A DNA stretch of 64,000 nucleotides from Caldisericia bacterium (GTDB lineage: Bacteria > Caldisericota > Caldisericia > B22-G15), in the NCBI GenBank assembly GCA_030018355.1, contig JASEFN010000003.1, forward strand, positions 83,939-147,938, in the 5' to 3' direction. The notes below the pieces were generated by a model. The model saw nothing but the letters and a program-made list of their open reading frames with translations. It did no database searches and had not been told where the DNA came from. Made by a program: the position numbers and the translations under genes. Shown piece after piece: positions 18,449 through 27,852 of this stretch; the first letter of the stretch is position 1, and the number at the start of each line of letters is the position of its first letter.

Positions 18449-19381
18449 ATGCATCAAACAGAAATACAGATTTTTAAACACCATCATAACTTTAATTTAG
18501 AGAAAAAATCTTTGGAAAAAAGAACATTTTTAGTTGTTCTTTTAACATTGTTTACAATGATTGTTGAAATTATAACTGGGTGGATTTATAATTCAATTGC
18601 ACTTTTTTCAGATGGATGGCATATGAGTACACATGCAGCTGCTTTAAGTATATCTTTATTTGCATATATTCTTGCTAGAAAATATTCAAATGATGAGAGT
18701 TTTACATTTGGTACATGGAAAATTGAAATATTAGGAGCCTATACAAGTGCAATTCTTTTAGGAATAGTTGGTATTTTTATTTTATTTGTATCCATAGAAA
18801 GAATTTTTAATCCTTTAAAGATAAATTATGAATATGCTTTAATTGTTGCAATAATAGGTCTATTAGTAAATTTAATAAGTGCATTTATTTTGGGGTATGA
18901 TCATGAAAATTATACTATTTCGGAAGATAAAGATAATGAGGCTCATCAATTACATAAAAAAGATTTAAATCTTAGATCTGCTTATTTACATGTTGTTGCT
19001 GATGCAATGACTTCTTTTTTTGCAATATTAGCACTACTTGGGGTTAAATATTATAATTGGAAAATACTTGATCCAATAGTTGGTGTAATTGGCTCTATTT
19101 TAATATTTAGATGGACTTATTTACTTATAAAAGATTCCTCAGGAATTTTATTAGATAGAGAGACGAATTCTAAAATAATAAAAGAGATAACAGAAAAAAT
19201 AGAATCTGATGGTGATAGTAAAATTTGTGATTTACACCTTTTAAGAGTTTCGCAAAATAAATATGCTTGTATTTTAAGTATTATTGCAAAAAATCCATCT
19301 TCAGTAGATGATTATAAAAAAAGATTAAAGGATATTGAGGAGTTAGTTCATTTGAATATAGAGATAAATTTATGTAAATAA
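18449..19381 (+). CDS. Cation diffusion facilitator (CDF) family metal efflux transporter.
   Basis: Six TM segments with GWHMSTHAAALSISLF and HVVADAMTS motifs, plus a C-terminal cytoplasmic domain. Confidence 0.85.
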   Translation: MHQTEIQIFKHHHNFNLEKKSLEKRTFLVVLLTLFTMIVEIITGWIYNSIALFSDGWHMSTHAAALSISLFAYILARKYSNDESFTFGTWKIEILGAYTSAILLGIVGIFILFVSIERIFNPLKINYEYALIVAIIGLLVNLISAFILGYDHENYTISEDKDNEAHQLHKKDLNLRSAYLHVVADAMTSFFAILALLGVKYYNWKILDPIVGVIGSILIFRWTYLLIKDSSGILLDRETNSKIIKEITEKIESDGDSKICDLHLLRVSQNKYACILSIIAKNPSSVDDYKKRLKDIEELVHLNIEINLCK

Positions 19382-19408
19382 ATCTAATTCTTAATTCTGG
19401 AGGGAGAA

Positions 19409-20944
19409 ATGGGTGAGTACATAATTGCGTATGATGTTGGGACAAGTTGTAATAAAGCACTTCTTGTTGATGCTAATGGCACACCAATTGCAAGTTCAAT
19501 TAGTTATTATGAAATAAAGTATCCAAAACCAAATTATGCTGAACAAGACCCAGATGATTGGTTAAGATCTATTTGTAAAACAACAAAAGATGTGCTTGAA
19601 AAATCAAAAATTAAAAAGGAGGAGATTTTAGGAATAACATTTTCAAATCAAATGCTTGGAATAATTCCTGTTAATAAAGATGGAAAATTAAGAGATGCAA
19701 TAATATGGCTTGATAATAGAGCAATAAAAGAAGCGGAAAATATGATGAGAAAATTTGTAAGTCCCAAAATTTTTGCACTTCTTGCAGGTGCACCTCTTAC
19801 TGGAAAAGATGGAATACCAAAACTTCTCTGGCTTAAAAATAATGAGAGAGAAATTTATGAGAAAATGGAATATTTTCTTGATGTTAATGGATATTTGATA
19901 TTCAAAACAACTGGGAATATGGTTATGGAACTTTCTAATGCCTCTGTTTTTGGTTTAGATCTAAAGAAAAAAGATTGGCTTAAATGGATTTTTGAGTATG
20001 TTGGAATTGATACAAAAAAACTTCCTCCACTTGTAAAATCTACTGATATAGTTGGCAAATTACGAAAGGATTTGGCTAATGAATGTGGACTTCTTGAAGG
20101 AACTCCTGTCATTGCTGGTGCTGGAGATGCACTATGTGCTTCTGTTGGAGCAGGTGCTGTATTAGAAGGTGATGCTCATTTTTATTTAGGAACATCTGGG
20201 TGGGTGGGAGTTATAACCAAAAGGCATCCTACTGGAAAATGTGGCATTGCAGTGATTCAATCTGCAGATTATGAAAATTCTTTTCTTTTTGCTGAAACAG
20301 AAACAGCAGGTGAGTGTTTAAGATGGATTAAAAATGAATTTTATAGAGAAGAATCTCAAGATCCAAATATAAAAAATGTTTATACTCTAATGGATGAAGA
20401 AGTAAAAAAAGTGACACCTGGATCTGGATTTTTAATTTTTACTCCATATCTTTTTGGGGAGAGGGCACCAGTGAATGATTGTTATGTAAGAGGAAGTTTT
20501 GTTAATTTGTGTATAAATCATAAAAGAGAAAATCTCTTAAGAGCAGTTTATGAGGGTGTTGGTTATAACATAAGATGGATTCTTAATATTATAGACGAAA
20601 AATTTGGTTTTAAAATTCCCTCTTTAAGAGTAATAGGTGGAGGTGCAAGAGGAGATATTTGGATGCAAATAATATCTGATATTACAGGGAAAAAAATAGA
20701 AACTTTAGAGTATCCACAAGAAAGAGGAGCAATTGGAGCAGCCTATATTGGTTTTATTGGTTTAGGATTGATAAAAGATTTTAAATCTTTAAAAGAATTA
20801 ATAAAGCCATTTAAAATTTTTGAACCAAATTTAAATAACAAAAAAATTTATGATTTTCTTTTTGATAAGTTTAAAGATGTATATAAAAATTTAAAAAAAT
20901 TTTATAAAGAATTAAACAAAAAAATTGAGGAAATGAAATTTTAA
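19409..20944 (+). CDS. FGGY-family carbohydrate kinase (xylulokinase/glycerol kinase-like).
   Basis: YIIAYDVGTSCNKALLVD N-terminal actin-fold motif, GTSGWVG, and GGGARGDIWMQI C-terminal motif. Confidence 0.85.
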   Translation: MGEYIIAYDVGTSCNKALLVDANGTPIASSISYYEIKYPKPNYAEQDPDDWLRSICKTTKDVLEKSKIKKEEILGITFSNQMLGIIPVNKDGKLRDAIIWLDNRAIKEAENMMRKFVSPKIFALLAGAPLTGKDGIPKLLWLKNNEREIYEKMEYFLDVNGYLIFKTTGNMVMELSNASVFGLDLKKKDWLKWIFEYVGIDTKKLPPLVKSTDIVGKLRKDLANECGLLEGTPVIAGAGDALCASVGAGAVLEGDAHFYLGTSGWVGVITKRHPTGKCGIAVIQSADYENSFLFAETETAGECLRWIKNEFYREESQDPNIKNVYTLMDEEVKKVTPGSGFLIFTPYLFGERAPVNDCYVRGSFVNLCINHKRENLLRAVYEGVGYNIRWILNIIDEKFGFKIPSLRVIGGGARGDIWMQIISDITGKKIETLEYPQERGAIGAAYIGFIGLGLIKDFKSLKELIKPFKIFEPNLNNKKIYDFLFDKFKDVYKNLKKFYKELNKKIEEMKF

Positions 20945-20957
20945 AGAGGAGGTTTTT

Positions 20958-22265
20958 ATGAATTTAGATCCATTATCATTGCCAATTGCCTTACCTGAGG
21001 GTGTAGATTATGATGATTATCTTGTGGCAACATATCTTGCAATTTTTCCAAAAGAGATACCAGTGAGAAAACTTGCACCTGCTCTTGCAATTGAGCAAAG
21101 TACAGGAACATGGGTTCCTGTTCCAGGCGAGACCCCAGAAGTTAAAAGAAAACATATTGCAAAAGTTATTGGAGTTTATGAAATTCCAGATTATGAATTT
21201 GAAATTCCAAAAGAAGTAACAATGAGAAATTACATAATTCAAATTGCTTTCCCTGAAATAAACATTGGAGAGCAAATTCCAATGCTTCTTACCACTATTG
21301 TTGGTAACATATCTATGGGTGGGAGAATTAAACTTCTTGATATCCGATTTCCAGAAAAATTTGTTAAAGGATTTAAAGGTCCAAAATTTGGAATTGAAGG
21401 TATAAGAAAATTACTCAATATTCCAAAAAGGCCCCTTTTAAATAATATGATAAAACCATGCACAGGATATACAGTTGATGTTGGTGCTGAACTATTTAGA
21501 TTAGCAGCATTAGGAGGATGTGATATTGTAAAAGACGATGAACTAATTGCAGATGCAAGTTTTAATAGAATTGAAGAGAGAGTAAAAAGATATATGCAGA
21601 TTGAAAAAGAAGTTTATGAAATTAAAGGGGAGCATACATTATATACTGTTAATATTACTGATTCAGTACCAAAAATTTTTGAAAATGCAAAAAGAGCAAT
21701 AGATGCAGGTGCGAATGCTTTAATGATAAACTATCTTGCAGTTGGTTTTGCAGTTTTTCAAGCAATAGCAGAAGATCCAGAAATTCAGGTTCCAATTCTT
21801 GCTCATATGGATGTTGCTGGTGCTCTATATATGTCTCCTGATTTTGGAATAACATCTCATCTTGTTTTAGGCAAATTAATAAGACTTGCTGGAGCAGATA
21901 TTGTTGTTATTCCTGCACCTTATGGAAAAGCACAAGTTTTACCTGAAAAATTTATAAACAATGCAAACAATTTGAGACTTCCATTTTATCACATAAAGCC
22001 CACATTTCCTATGGCTTCTGGTGGAATAACACCATCAATGGTTCCAAAAGTTATCGAAGATTTAGGTCTTGATATTGTTATTGGTTCAGGTGGTGGAATT
22101 CATGCTCATCCTGAAGGACCAATAGCAGGAGGAAAAGCATTTAGGCAAGCAATTGAAGCAACAATGAGGGGAATTCCTTTAAAAGAAGCAGCAAAAGAGT
22201 ATAGAGAACTCGCAATTGCTCTTGAAAAATGGGAAGATCCATTTGGAAAGGGTCTTGGTATATAA
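20958..22265 (+). CDS. RuBisCO-like protein (form IV RLP), not a carboxylase.
   Basis: GGCDIVKDDE (vs RuBisCO GGLDFTKDDE) and a VIGSGGGIHAHP glycine loop. The H-R pair of the LHIHRAMHA motif is replaced by ILAHMDVAGA, so the R295 equivalent is missing, typical of RLPs. Confidence 0.8.
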   Translation: MNLDPLSLPIALPEGVDYDDYLVATYLAIFPKEIPVRKLAPALAIEQSTGTWVPVPGETPEVKRKHIAKVIGVYEIPDYEFEIPKEVTMRNYIIQIAFPEINIGEQIPMLLTTIVGNISMGGRIKLLDIRFPEKFVKGFKGPKFGIEGIRKLLNIPKRPLLNNMIKPCTGYTVDVGAELFRLAALGGCDIVKDDELIADASFNRIEERVKRYMQIEKEVYEIKGEHTLYTVNITDSVPKIFENAKRAIDAGANALMINYLAVGFAVFQAIAEDPEIQVPILAHMDVAGALYMSPDFGITSHLVLGKLIRLAGADIVVIPAPYGKAQVLPEKFINNANNLRLPFYHIKPTFPMASGGITPSMVPKVIEDLGLDIVIGSGGGIHAHPEGPIAGGKAFRQAIEATMRGIPLKEAAKEYRELAIALEKWEDPFGKGLGI

Positions 22266-22269
22266 AAAC

Positions 22270-22298
22270 TCTTGACAAATATAAAAATAGTTATATAT
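22270..22298 (+). promoter_or_regulatory. Sigma-70-like promoter for the ABC importer operon.
   Basis: TTGACA, a 16-nt spacer, then TATATT. Confidence 0.45.
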
Positions 22299-22366
22299 TT
22301 TTTAAAATAATTTTCAAAGAAGGAGGTGAGGCTTTTTTATTATTTTTTAAATTTGGAGGTGACTAA

Positions 22367-23965
22367 ATGAGGAGTTTTAAACTTTTAACAACTTTTATTT
22401 TAATTACCTTATTAGTATTCAGTGTTTTATTAAGTAGTGGGTGTAAGAAAAAAGTTGAAGTTGTAACTCTTACATTCGCAAAAGCAGGCGATGTTGTAAA
22501 ACTTGATCCGGCAGATGTTACAGATGGCGAATCAATAACAGTTATGAACAATATTTTTGAGGGTCTTATAAGATATAAACCAGGAACAACAGAAATTGAA
22601 CCATGGCTTGCAGAGAAATGGGATGTGAGTCCTGATGGACTTACTTTTACATTTTATTTGAGAAAAGGCGTTAAATTTCATGATGGAACAGATTTTAATG
22701 CAGATGCTGTGGTATTTTCTTTAGAAAGACAACGTGATCCAAATCATCCATTCCATAAATATGGTGAATGGGAATATTGGAGTTGGTGTTTCAATGAAAT
22801 TGAGAAAGTTGAAAAAGTTGATGATTACACAGTAAGAATAAAATTAAGCGAACCATTTGCACCATTTTTAACAACAATGGCAATGTTTACAGTTTATATT
22901 GTAAGTCCAGCAAATCATGAAAAATGGGGTGCTGAAGCAAGTTCACATCCAGTTGGAACTGGACCATTTAAATTTGTTGAATGGGTAAAAGATGATCATA
23001 TAACTCTTGAAAAGTTTGAAAATTATTGGGGACCAAAACCAAAAATTGATAAATTAATATTTAAAGTTATTCCAGATCCATCAGTAAGACTACTTGAACT
23101 TCAAAAGGGAACGATTGATGGAATGGAGTTTCCAAATCCAGATGATCTTGAAAAGATTAAAAGCGATAAAAATTTAACACTTTTATCTCAACCAGGATTA
23201 AATATAGGATATCTTGCATTTAATTTAGGAGAAGATACACCTGGATATGATCCAAAATTAAGTGATGTAAGAGTAAGAAAAGCAATATACCATGCTATAA
23301 ATAGAAAAGATATTGTTGAACATCTTTATAAAGGTACAGCAGTTGTTGCTAAAAATCCACTTCCACCAACTCTTTGGGGATATAATGATGAAATTGAAGA
23401 TTATGAATATAATCCTGATAAGGCAAAAGAACTTTTAAAAGAAGCAGGATATCCAAACGGATTTGAAACTAATCTTTGGGCAATGCCAGTTGCAAGACCA
23501 TATATGTTTGATCCACAAAAAATTGCAGAAGCAATTCAATCTGATCTGGCAAAAGTTGGAATTAAAGCAAAAATTGTTACTTATGATTGGGGAACATATC
23601 TGGATAAAACAGAAGGTGGAGAACATGCGATGTGTCTTCTTGGTTGGACAATGGATTATCCAGATCCAGATAATATTCTTTATGTTCTTCTTGATCCAGA
23701 TGCTGCAACTGTAGGAAGTGCAGGTAATGTTGCATTTTATAGAAATCCAAAAGTACATGAACTTAATATGCTTGCAAGAAAAACTTATGATATTAAAGAA
23801 AGAGAAAAATATTATAAAGAAATTCAAAGAATAATTCATGAAGATATACCTTGGGTTCCTCTTGCACATTCACAACAGATGGTTGTCTTTAGAAGCAATG
23901 TAAAAGGTTTCCTTCTTTATCCAACAGGTGATTATCACTTTGATACAGTTTATATTGAAAAGTAA
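22367..23965 (+). CDS. ABC transporter substrate-binding lipoprotein, family 5 (peptide/nickel/opine type).
   Basis: Lipobox LLSSGC, size 532 aa, and the characteristic SBP_bac_5 architecture. Confidence 0.85.
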   Translation: MRSFKLLTTFILITLLVFSVLLSSGCKKKVEVVTLTFAKAGDVVKLDPADVTDGESITVMNNIFEGLIRYKPGTTEIEPWLAEKWDVSPDGLTFTFYLRKGVKFHDGTDFNADAVVFSLERQRDPNHPFHKYGEWEYWSWCFNEIEKVEKVDDYTVRIKLSEPFAPFLTTMAMFTVYIVSPANHEKWGAEASSHPVGTGPFKFVEWVKDDHITLEKFENYWGPKPKIDKLIFKVIPDPSVRLLELQKGTIDGMEFPNPDDLEKIKSDKNLTLLSQPGLNIGYLAFNLGEDTPGYDPKLSDVRVRKAIYHAINRKDIVEHLYKGTAVVAKNPLPPTLWGYNDEIEDYEYNPDKAKELLKEAGYPNGFETNLWAMPVARPYMFDPQKIAEAIQSDLAKVGIKAKIVTYDWGTYLDKTEGGEHAMCLLGWTMDYPDPDNILYVLLDPDAATVGSAGNVAFYRNPKVHELNMLARKTYDIKEREKYYKEIQRIIHEDIPWVPLAHSQQMVVFRSNVKGFLLYPTGDYHFDTVYIEK

Positions 23966-23977
23966 AATTAAGTTAAA

Positions 23978-24004
23978 GGGGGCCTTTGTGCCCCCTTATT
24001 TTTA
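23978..24004 (+). terminator. Intra-operon attenuator/terminator hairpin after the SBP gene.
   Basis: GGGGGC-CTTTGT-GCCCCC followed by TTATTTTTAT. Confidence 0.55.
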
Positions 24005-24006
24005 TA

Positions 24007-25008
24007 ATGAGAAAGTACATTTTAAGAAGAGCATTTGAATTATTAATAGTTCTATTTATTGTTTCAATAATTACGTTTCTTTTAATTAGACTTGTCCCAG
24101 GTGATCCTGCTCAAATTCTTGCTGGTGAACATGTAACTGAAAAAATTTTAGAAGAGATAAGAGAGAAATATGGGTTAAATAAGCCAATTATTACACAATA
24201 CTTTATATGGATAAGCCAAATTTTAAGAGGAGATTTTGGTAGATCAATTAGAACTGGTGAAAGTGTTATAAAAGAACTTTTTTATAGATTTGCTAATACA
24301 TTTGAACTTTCTCTATTCGCTATTTTAATTGCAACTCTTGTTGGAGTTTTTGCTGGAATTATTTCAGCAACAAAAAGAGGATCATTTATTGATTATTTAA
24401 CAATGACAGCAGCACTTTTTGGTGTTTCAATGCCAGTTTTCTGGCTTGGTATAATGCTTATGCTTATTTTTGGAATATGGTTAAACATTTTACCAGTATC
24501 AGGAAGAGTTGATATAGGAATAAATTTAACAAGAATAACAAATTTTATGATATTAGATTCTATTTTAACTTTAAATTTTCATGCACTTCTATCAATTTTA
24601 AAACATTTAATTCTTCCAAGCATTGCCCTTGCAACAATTCCAATGGCTTTTATTGCAAGAATAACAAGGTCAAGCATGCTTGATGTATTAAATAAAGATT
24701 ATATTAGAACTGCTAAAGCAAAAGGAGTTAATGAAAGAGTTGTAATTTATAGACATGCCTTAAGAAATGCTTTAATTCCAGTTATTACAAGTATTGGAAC
24801 TGAATTTGCCCTTCTTCTTGGAGGAGCAATTTTAACAGAAACTGTTTTTGCTTGGCCTGGTCTTGGAAGATATATTGTTGGTGCAGTCTCTTCAAGAGAT
24901 TATCCAGTTGTTCAAGGTTCAATTATTTTTGTTGCTTTTATTGTTGTTATTGTTAATTTAATAGTTGATATTTTATATGCATTTATTGATCCAAGGATAA
25001 GGTATTAA
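24007..25008 (+). CDS. ABC transporter permease (DppB/OppB-like).
   Basis: The MRKYILRRAFELL start is typical of DppB. The start was moved from the track's 23986, which lies inside the terminator hairpin. Confidence 0.8.
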   Translation: MRKYILRRAFELLIVLFIVSIITFLLIRLVPGDPAQILAGEHVTEKILEEIREKYGLNKPIITQYFIWISQILRGDFGRSIRTGESVIKELFYRFANTFELSLFAILIATLVGVFAGIISATKRGSFIDYLTMTAALFGVSMPVFWLGIMLMLIFGIWLNILPVSGRVDIGINLTRITNFMILDSILTLNFHALLSILKHLILPSIALATIPMAFIARITRSSMLDVLNKDYIRTAKAKGVNERVVIYRHALRNALIPVITSIGTEFALLLGGAILTETVFAWPGLGRYIVGAVSSRDYPVVQGSIIFVAFIVVIVNLIVDILYAFIDPRIRY

Positions 25009-25871
25009 TGGAAAGAAAAAGTGAATATTATTTTATTTGGAAATATTTAAGAAAAAATAAAACCGCAATGATCGGTCTTTTTATAATAATTCTTCTTGTG
25101 TTAGTTGCTCTCTTTGCAAATTTTATCTCTCCTTTTGATCCATATACTCAATCTCTTAAAGATAGATTCAAACCTGGTTTTTGGAAAGGTAATACAATAA
25201 ATTTCCTTGGAACAGATGATTTTGGAAGAGATCTTTTATCAAGAGTGATTTTTGGATCAAGGATTTCTTTAACTGTTGGGTTCATTGCAGTAGTTATAGG
25301 AGTTTTAATAGGATCTTTTTTTGGTGTAATTTCTGGTTATTTTGGTGGAATCATTGATAGCATAATAATGAGAGGTGTTGATGTAATGTTTTCTCTTCCA
25401 AGTATCCTTCTTGCAATTGTTATTATGGCAATTTTAGGTACTGGTTTAGATAAAGCAATGATTGCAATTGGAATTACTTATGCTCCTCAAATTGCAAGGA
25501 TAGTAAGATCACAAACAATTGTTGTTAAAAATATGGAGTTTGTCGAAGCAGCAATTTCAATTGGTGAACCACATTTAATGATTATTTTTAGACATATTGT
25601 AAGAAATGTTTTATCCCCAATTATTGTTTATGGAACTCTTTCAATTGGTAGTGCAATTTTAGATGCTGCTGCTTTAGGTTTTTTAGGACTTGGTGCTCAA
25701 CCTCCGACACCCGAATGGGGGGCAATTCTTTCAAGAAGTTATCAATATATTGTTGCTGGTGCTTGGTGGGTTGCAACTTTTCCTGGTTTAATGATACTTA
25801 TTTCTGTTCTTGGGTTTAATCTGCTTGGAGATGGTTTAAGGGATGCTATTGATCCAACATTAAGATATTAA
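25008..25871 (+). CDS. ABC transporter permease (DppC/OppC-like).
   Basis: N-terminal NFISPFDPY and the EAA-like loop region. Translationally coupled. Confidence 0.8.
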   Translation: MERKSEYYFIWKYLRKNKTAMIGLFIIILLVLVALFANFISPFDPYTQSLKDRFKPGFWKGNTINFLGTDDFGRDLLSRVIFGSRISLTVGFIAVVIGVLIGSFFGVISGYFGGIIDSIIMRGVDVMFSLPSILLAIVIMAILGTGLDKAMIAIGITYAPQIARIVRSQTIVVKNMEFVEAAISIGEPHLMIIFRHIVRNVLSPIIVYGTLSIGSAILDAAALGFLGLGAQPPTPEWGAILSRSYQYIVAGAWWVATFPGLMILISVLGFNLLGDGLRDAIDPTLRY

Positions 25872-25909
25872 TTGAAAATAAATAATAAAATTAAATTAGG
25901 AGGTGAAAA

Positions 25910-26545
25910 ATGAAAATAAAATTTTTGGGACATTCATGTTTTTTGATTGAAATAGGTGGTTTAAAGGTTATGACAGATCCCTATGATAAATCAGTACCCT
26001 ATGATTTTCCAGATGGAGAAGAAGTAGATGTAGTTACAATATCACATGATCATTTTGACCATTCTGCTTTTAATAGAGTAAAAATAAAAAGAGAAGTTTT
26101 AAAAGATCCAACTAATAAGGAAATTCAAGGTGTAAAATTTAAATCAAAAACTTTTTTCCACGATGAAGAAATGGGGAGAAAAAGAGGAAAAAATGCACTC
26201 TTTTTAATTGAGGGAGAGGGAATAAAAATTTTACATTGTGGAGATTTAGGCCACATTCCTAATGAGAAAGATTTAGAAGAGTTTAAAAATATTGATATAC
26301 TTTTGCTTCCAGTTGGGGGATACTATACAATTGATTCAAAAAAAGGAGATGAGTTGATTAAAATTTTAAATCCAAAAATTGTTATACCAATGCATTATAA
26401 GACAAAAAATCTTGATTTTCCAATTGCAAAAGTTGATGATTTTTTAAAAAATAAAGAAAATGTACATAAATTAAATTCACTTGAATTTGAACTTGATAAA
26501 TCTAATATTGAAAAATACAAAGGTATTGTTGTATTTCCATTTTAG
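25910..26545 (+). CDS. MBL-fold metal-dependent hydrolase (UPF0173-like).
   Basis: KFLGHSCFLIE...VVTISHDHFDH motif. Confidence 0.65.
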   Translation: MKIKFLGHSCFLIEIGGLKVMTDPYDKSVPYDFPDGEEVDVVTISHDHFDHSAFNRVKIKREVLKDPTNKEIQGVKFKSKTFFHDEEMGRKRGKNALFLIEGEGIKILHCGDLGHIPNEKDLEEFKNIDILLLPVGGYYTIDSKKGDELIKILNPKIVIPMHYKTKNLDFPIAKVDDFLKNKENVHKLNSLEFELDKSNIEKYKGIVVFPF

Positions 26546-26550
26546 AAAAA

Positions 26551-26583
26551 ATGTTACAAAAGTGTCTGACACCATTTTAACAT
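26551..26583. repeat. Palindromic repeat copy E (degenerate).
   Basis: ATGTTACAAAAGTGTCTGACACCATTTTAACAT. Confidence 0.65.
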
Positions 26584-26603
26584 TTTTAATATAGGAGGTT
26601 TAA

Positions 26604-27824
26604 ATGAAAAAAATTTCTATTTTAGGTGGGTGTGGAACAGTTGGTAGAGTTGCAACAAAAATTCTTTTTTCAACACAAAACTATGAAATTACCGTTTGCG
26701 ATAGAGATAAAGAAGTGTTTGAATCTATTTTTGGTGAGATATCAAAATTTTTAAAATTTAAAGAATTGGATGCAAATATTGATGAATCAATAAAAGATGC
26801 AATTAGAGATACAGATGTAGTTTTAAATTGTATAGGGCCATATTATAAATATGGGCCAAAGATACTTAAAGAGGCAATAGAGTTATACAAAAATTATGTT
26901 GATGTGTGCGATGATTTTGATGCCACAATAGAGGATCTTAAATTTCATCAATTGGCAGAAGAAAAGAAGGTTTCATGTTTAATTGGAATGGGTAGTTCAC
27001 CTGGACTTGCAAACATTATTGTAAAATTTGCAGAAATGTTTCTTTTTGATGAAATAAACTCAATTGATATCTACCATGCACATGGTGGAGAAGAGTATGA
27101 AGGTCCTGCAGTTGTAAAACATAGAATTCATTCAATGCTTTCTCCTATTCCAGTTTTTCTTGATGGTGAATATAGAGAGGTTAAACTTTTTGAAGAAAGT
27201 GGTAAGACACTTGAAGAAATAGTTGAATTTCCAGGTCTTGGTACATACCCTGTTTATGCTTATCCACATCCTGAAACAATAACTCTTCCAAAATATATAA
27301 AAGGAGTAAAAAGAGTAACAAATTTAGGACTTGTTCTTCCCCCTCAATATGCAGAATTAATAAAGAATATAGTTAGAGTAGGGATTGTTGAAGAAGAACC
27401 AATTGATGTAATGGGTACTTTAATTTCACCACTTGATTTTTCAGTAAATTATATTCTTTATAAAAGGAAAGAATTAATTGAAAAATATGGTCCAAAAGAA
27501 CCTCAAGGATGTTTAAAAATCACAATAAAAGGAATAAAGAGTGAAGAAAATATCCAATATGATTTCTCGATTTTTTCAAAAGGAAAAGGAATGGGTGAGG
27601 GAACAGGAATTCCAGCAGCAATAGGAACTATTTTAATGAGCGAGGGTTTAGTTAAAGGAATAGGAGTTAATCCTCCTGAAGCGGTTCTTAATCCAGTGGA
27701 TGTTTTTAAATTACTTTTTAAAATAATGAAAGGTGAAAAAATTCCAATTTTAATTGAAAAAATTAAGGATAAGAAAAAAGAAACTGTTGATTTAGATGTT
27801 CTTTTAAAAGAATATTTAAATTAA
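26604..27824 (+). CDS. Saccharopine dehydrogenase-like NAD(P)-binding oxidoreductase.
   Basis: ILGGCGTVGRVATKIL Rossmann motif and about 400 aa, fitting the Sacchrp_dh family. Confidence 0.6.
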   Translation: MKKISILGGCGTVGRVATKILFSTQNYEITVCDRDKEVFESIFGEISKFLKFKELDANIDESIKDAIRDTDVVLNCIGPYYKYGPKILKEAIELYKNYVDVCDDFDATIEDLKFHQLAEEKKVSCLIGMGSSPGLANIIVKFAEMFLFDEINSIDIYHAHGGEEYEGPAVVKHRIHSMLSPIPVFLDGEYREVKLFEESGKTLEEIVEFPGLGTYPVYAYPHPETITLPKYIKGVKRVTNLGLVLPPQYAELIKNIVRVGIVEEEPIDVMGTLISPLDFSVNYILYKRKELIEKYGPKEPQGCLKITIKGIKSEENIQYDFSIFSKGKGMGEGTGIPAAIGTILMSEGLVKGIGVNPPEAVLNPVDVFKLLFKIMKGEKIPILIEKIKDKKKETVDLDVLLKEYLN

Positions 27825-27852
27825 AATTTAATTTAGTAAAATAAATAATGTA

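Noticed and set aside
20958-22265. Calling the RuBisCO-homolog a bona fide CO2-fixing RuBisCO large subunit.
   Set aside because: The GGLDFTKDDE motif is altered to GGCDIVKDDE. The H-R pair of the HxHRAMHA motif is not conserved. There is no small subunit or phosphoribulokinase nearby. It is a form IV RLP.
1456-23869. Numerous 60-145-aa ORFs antisense to or nested within larger genes (e.g. 1456-1695, 3775-3999, 4198-4419, 9963-10151, 11212-11433, 12287-12664, 12965-13150, 17134-18089, 19855-20112, 20991-21855, 23435-23869).
   Set aside because: They are low-complexity, Cys/Phe/Ile-rich translations typical of AT-rich antisense frames. They have no RBS and lie wholly inside well-supported genes.
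23986-24006. ORF-track start (MCPLIFI...) of the DppB-like permease.
   Set aside because: That start lies inside the GGGGGC/GCCCCC terminator hairpin. The canonical MRKYILRR start is at 24007.
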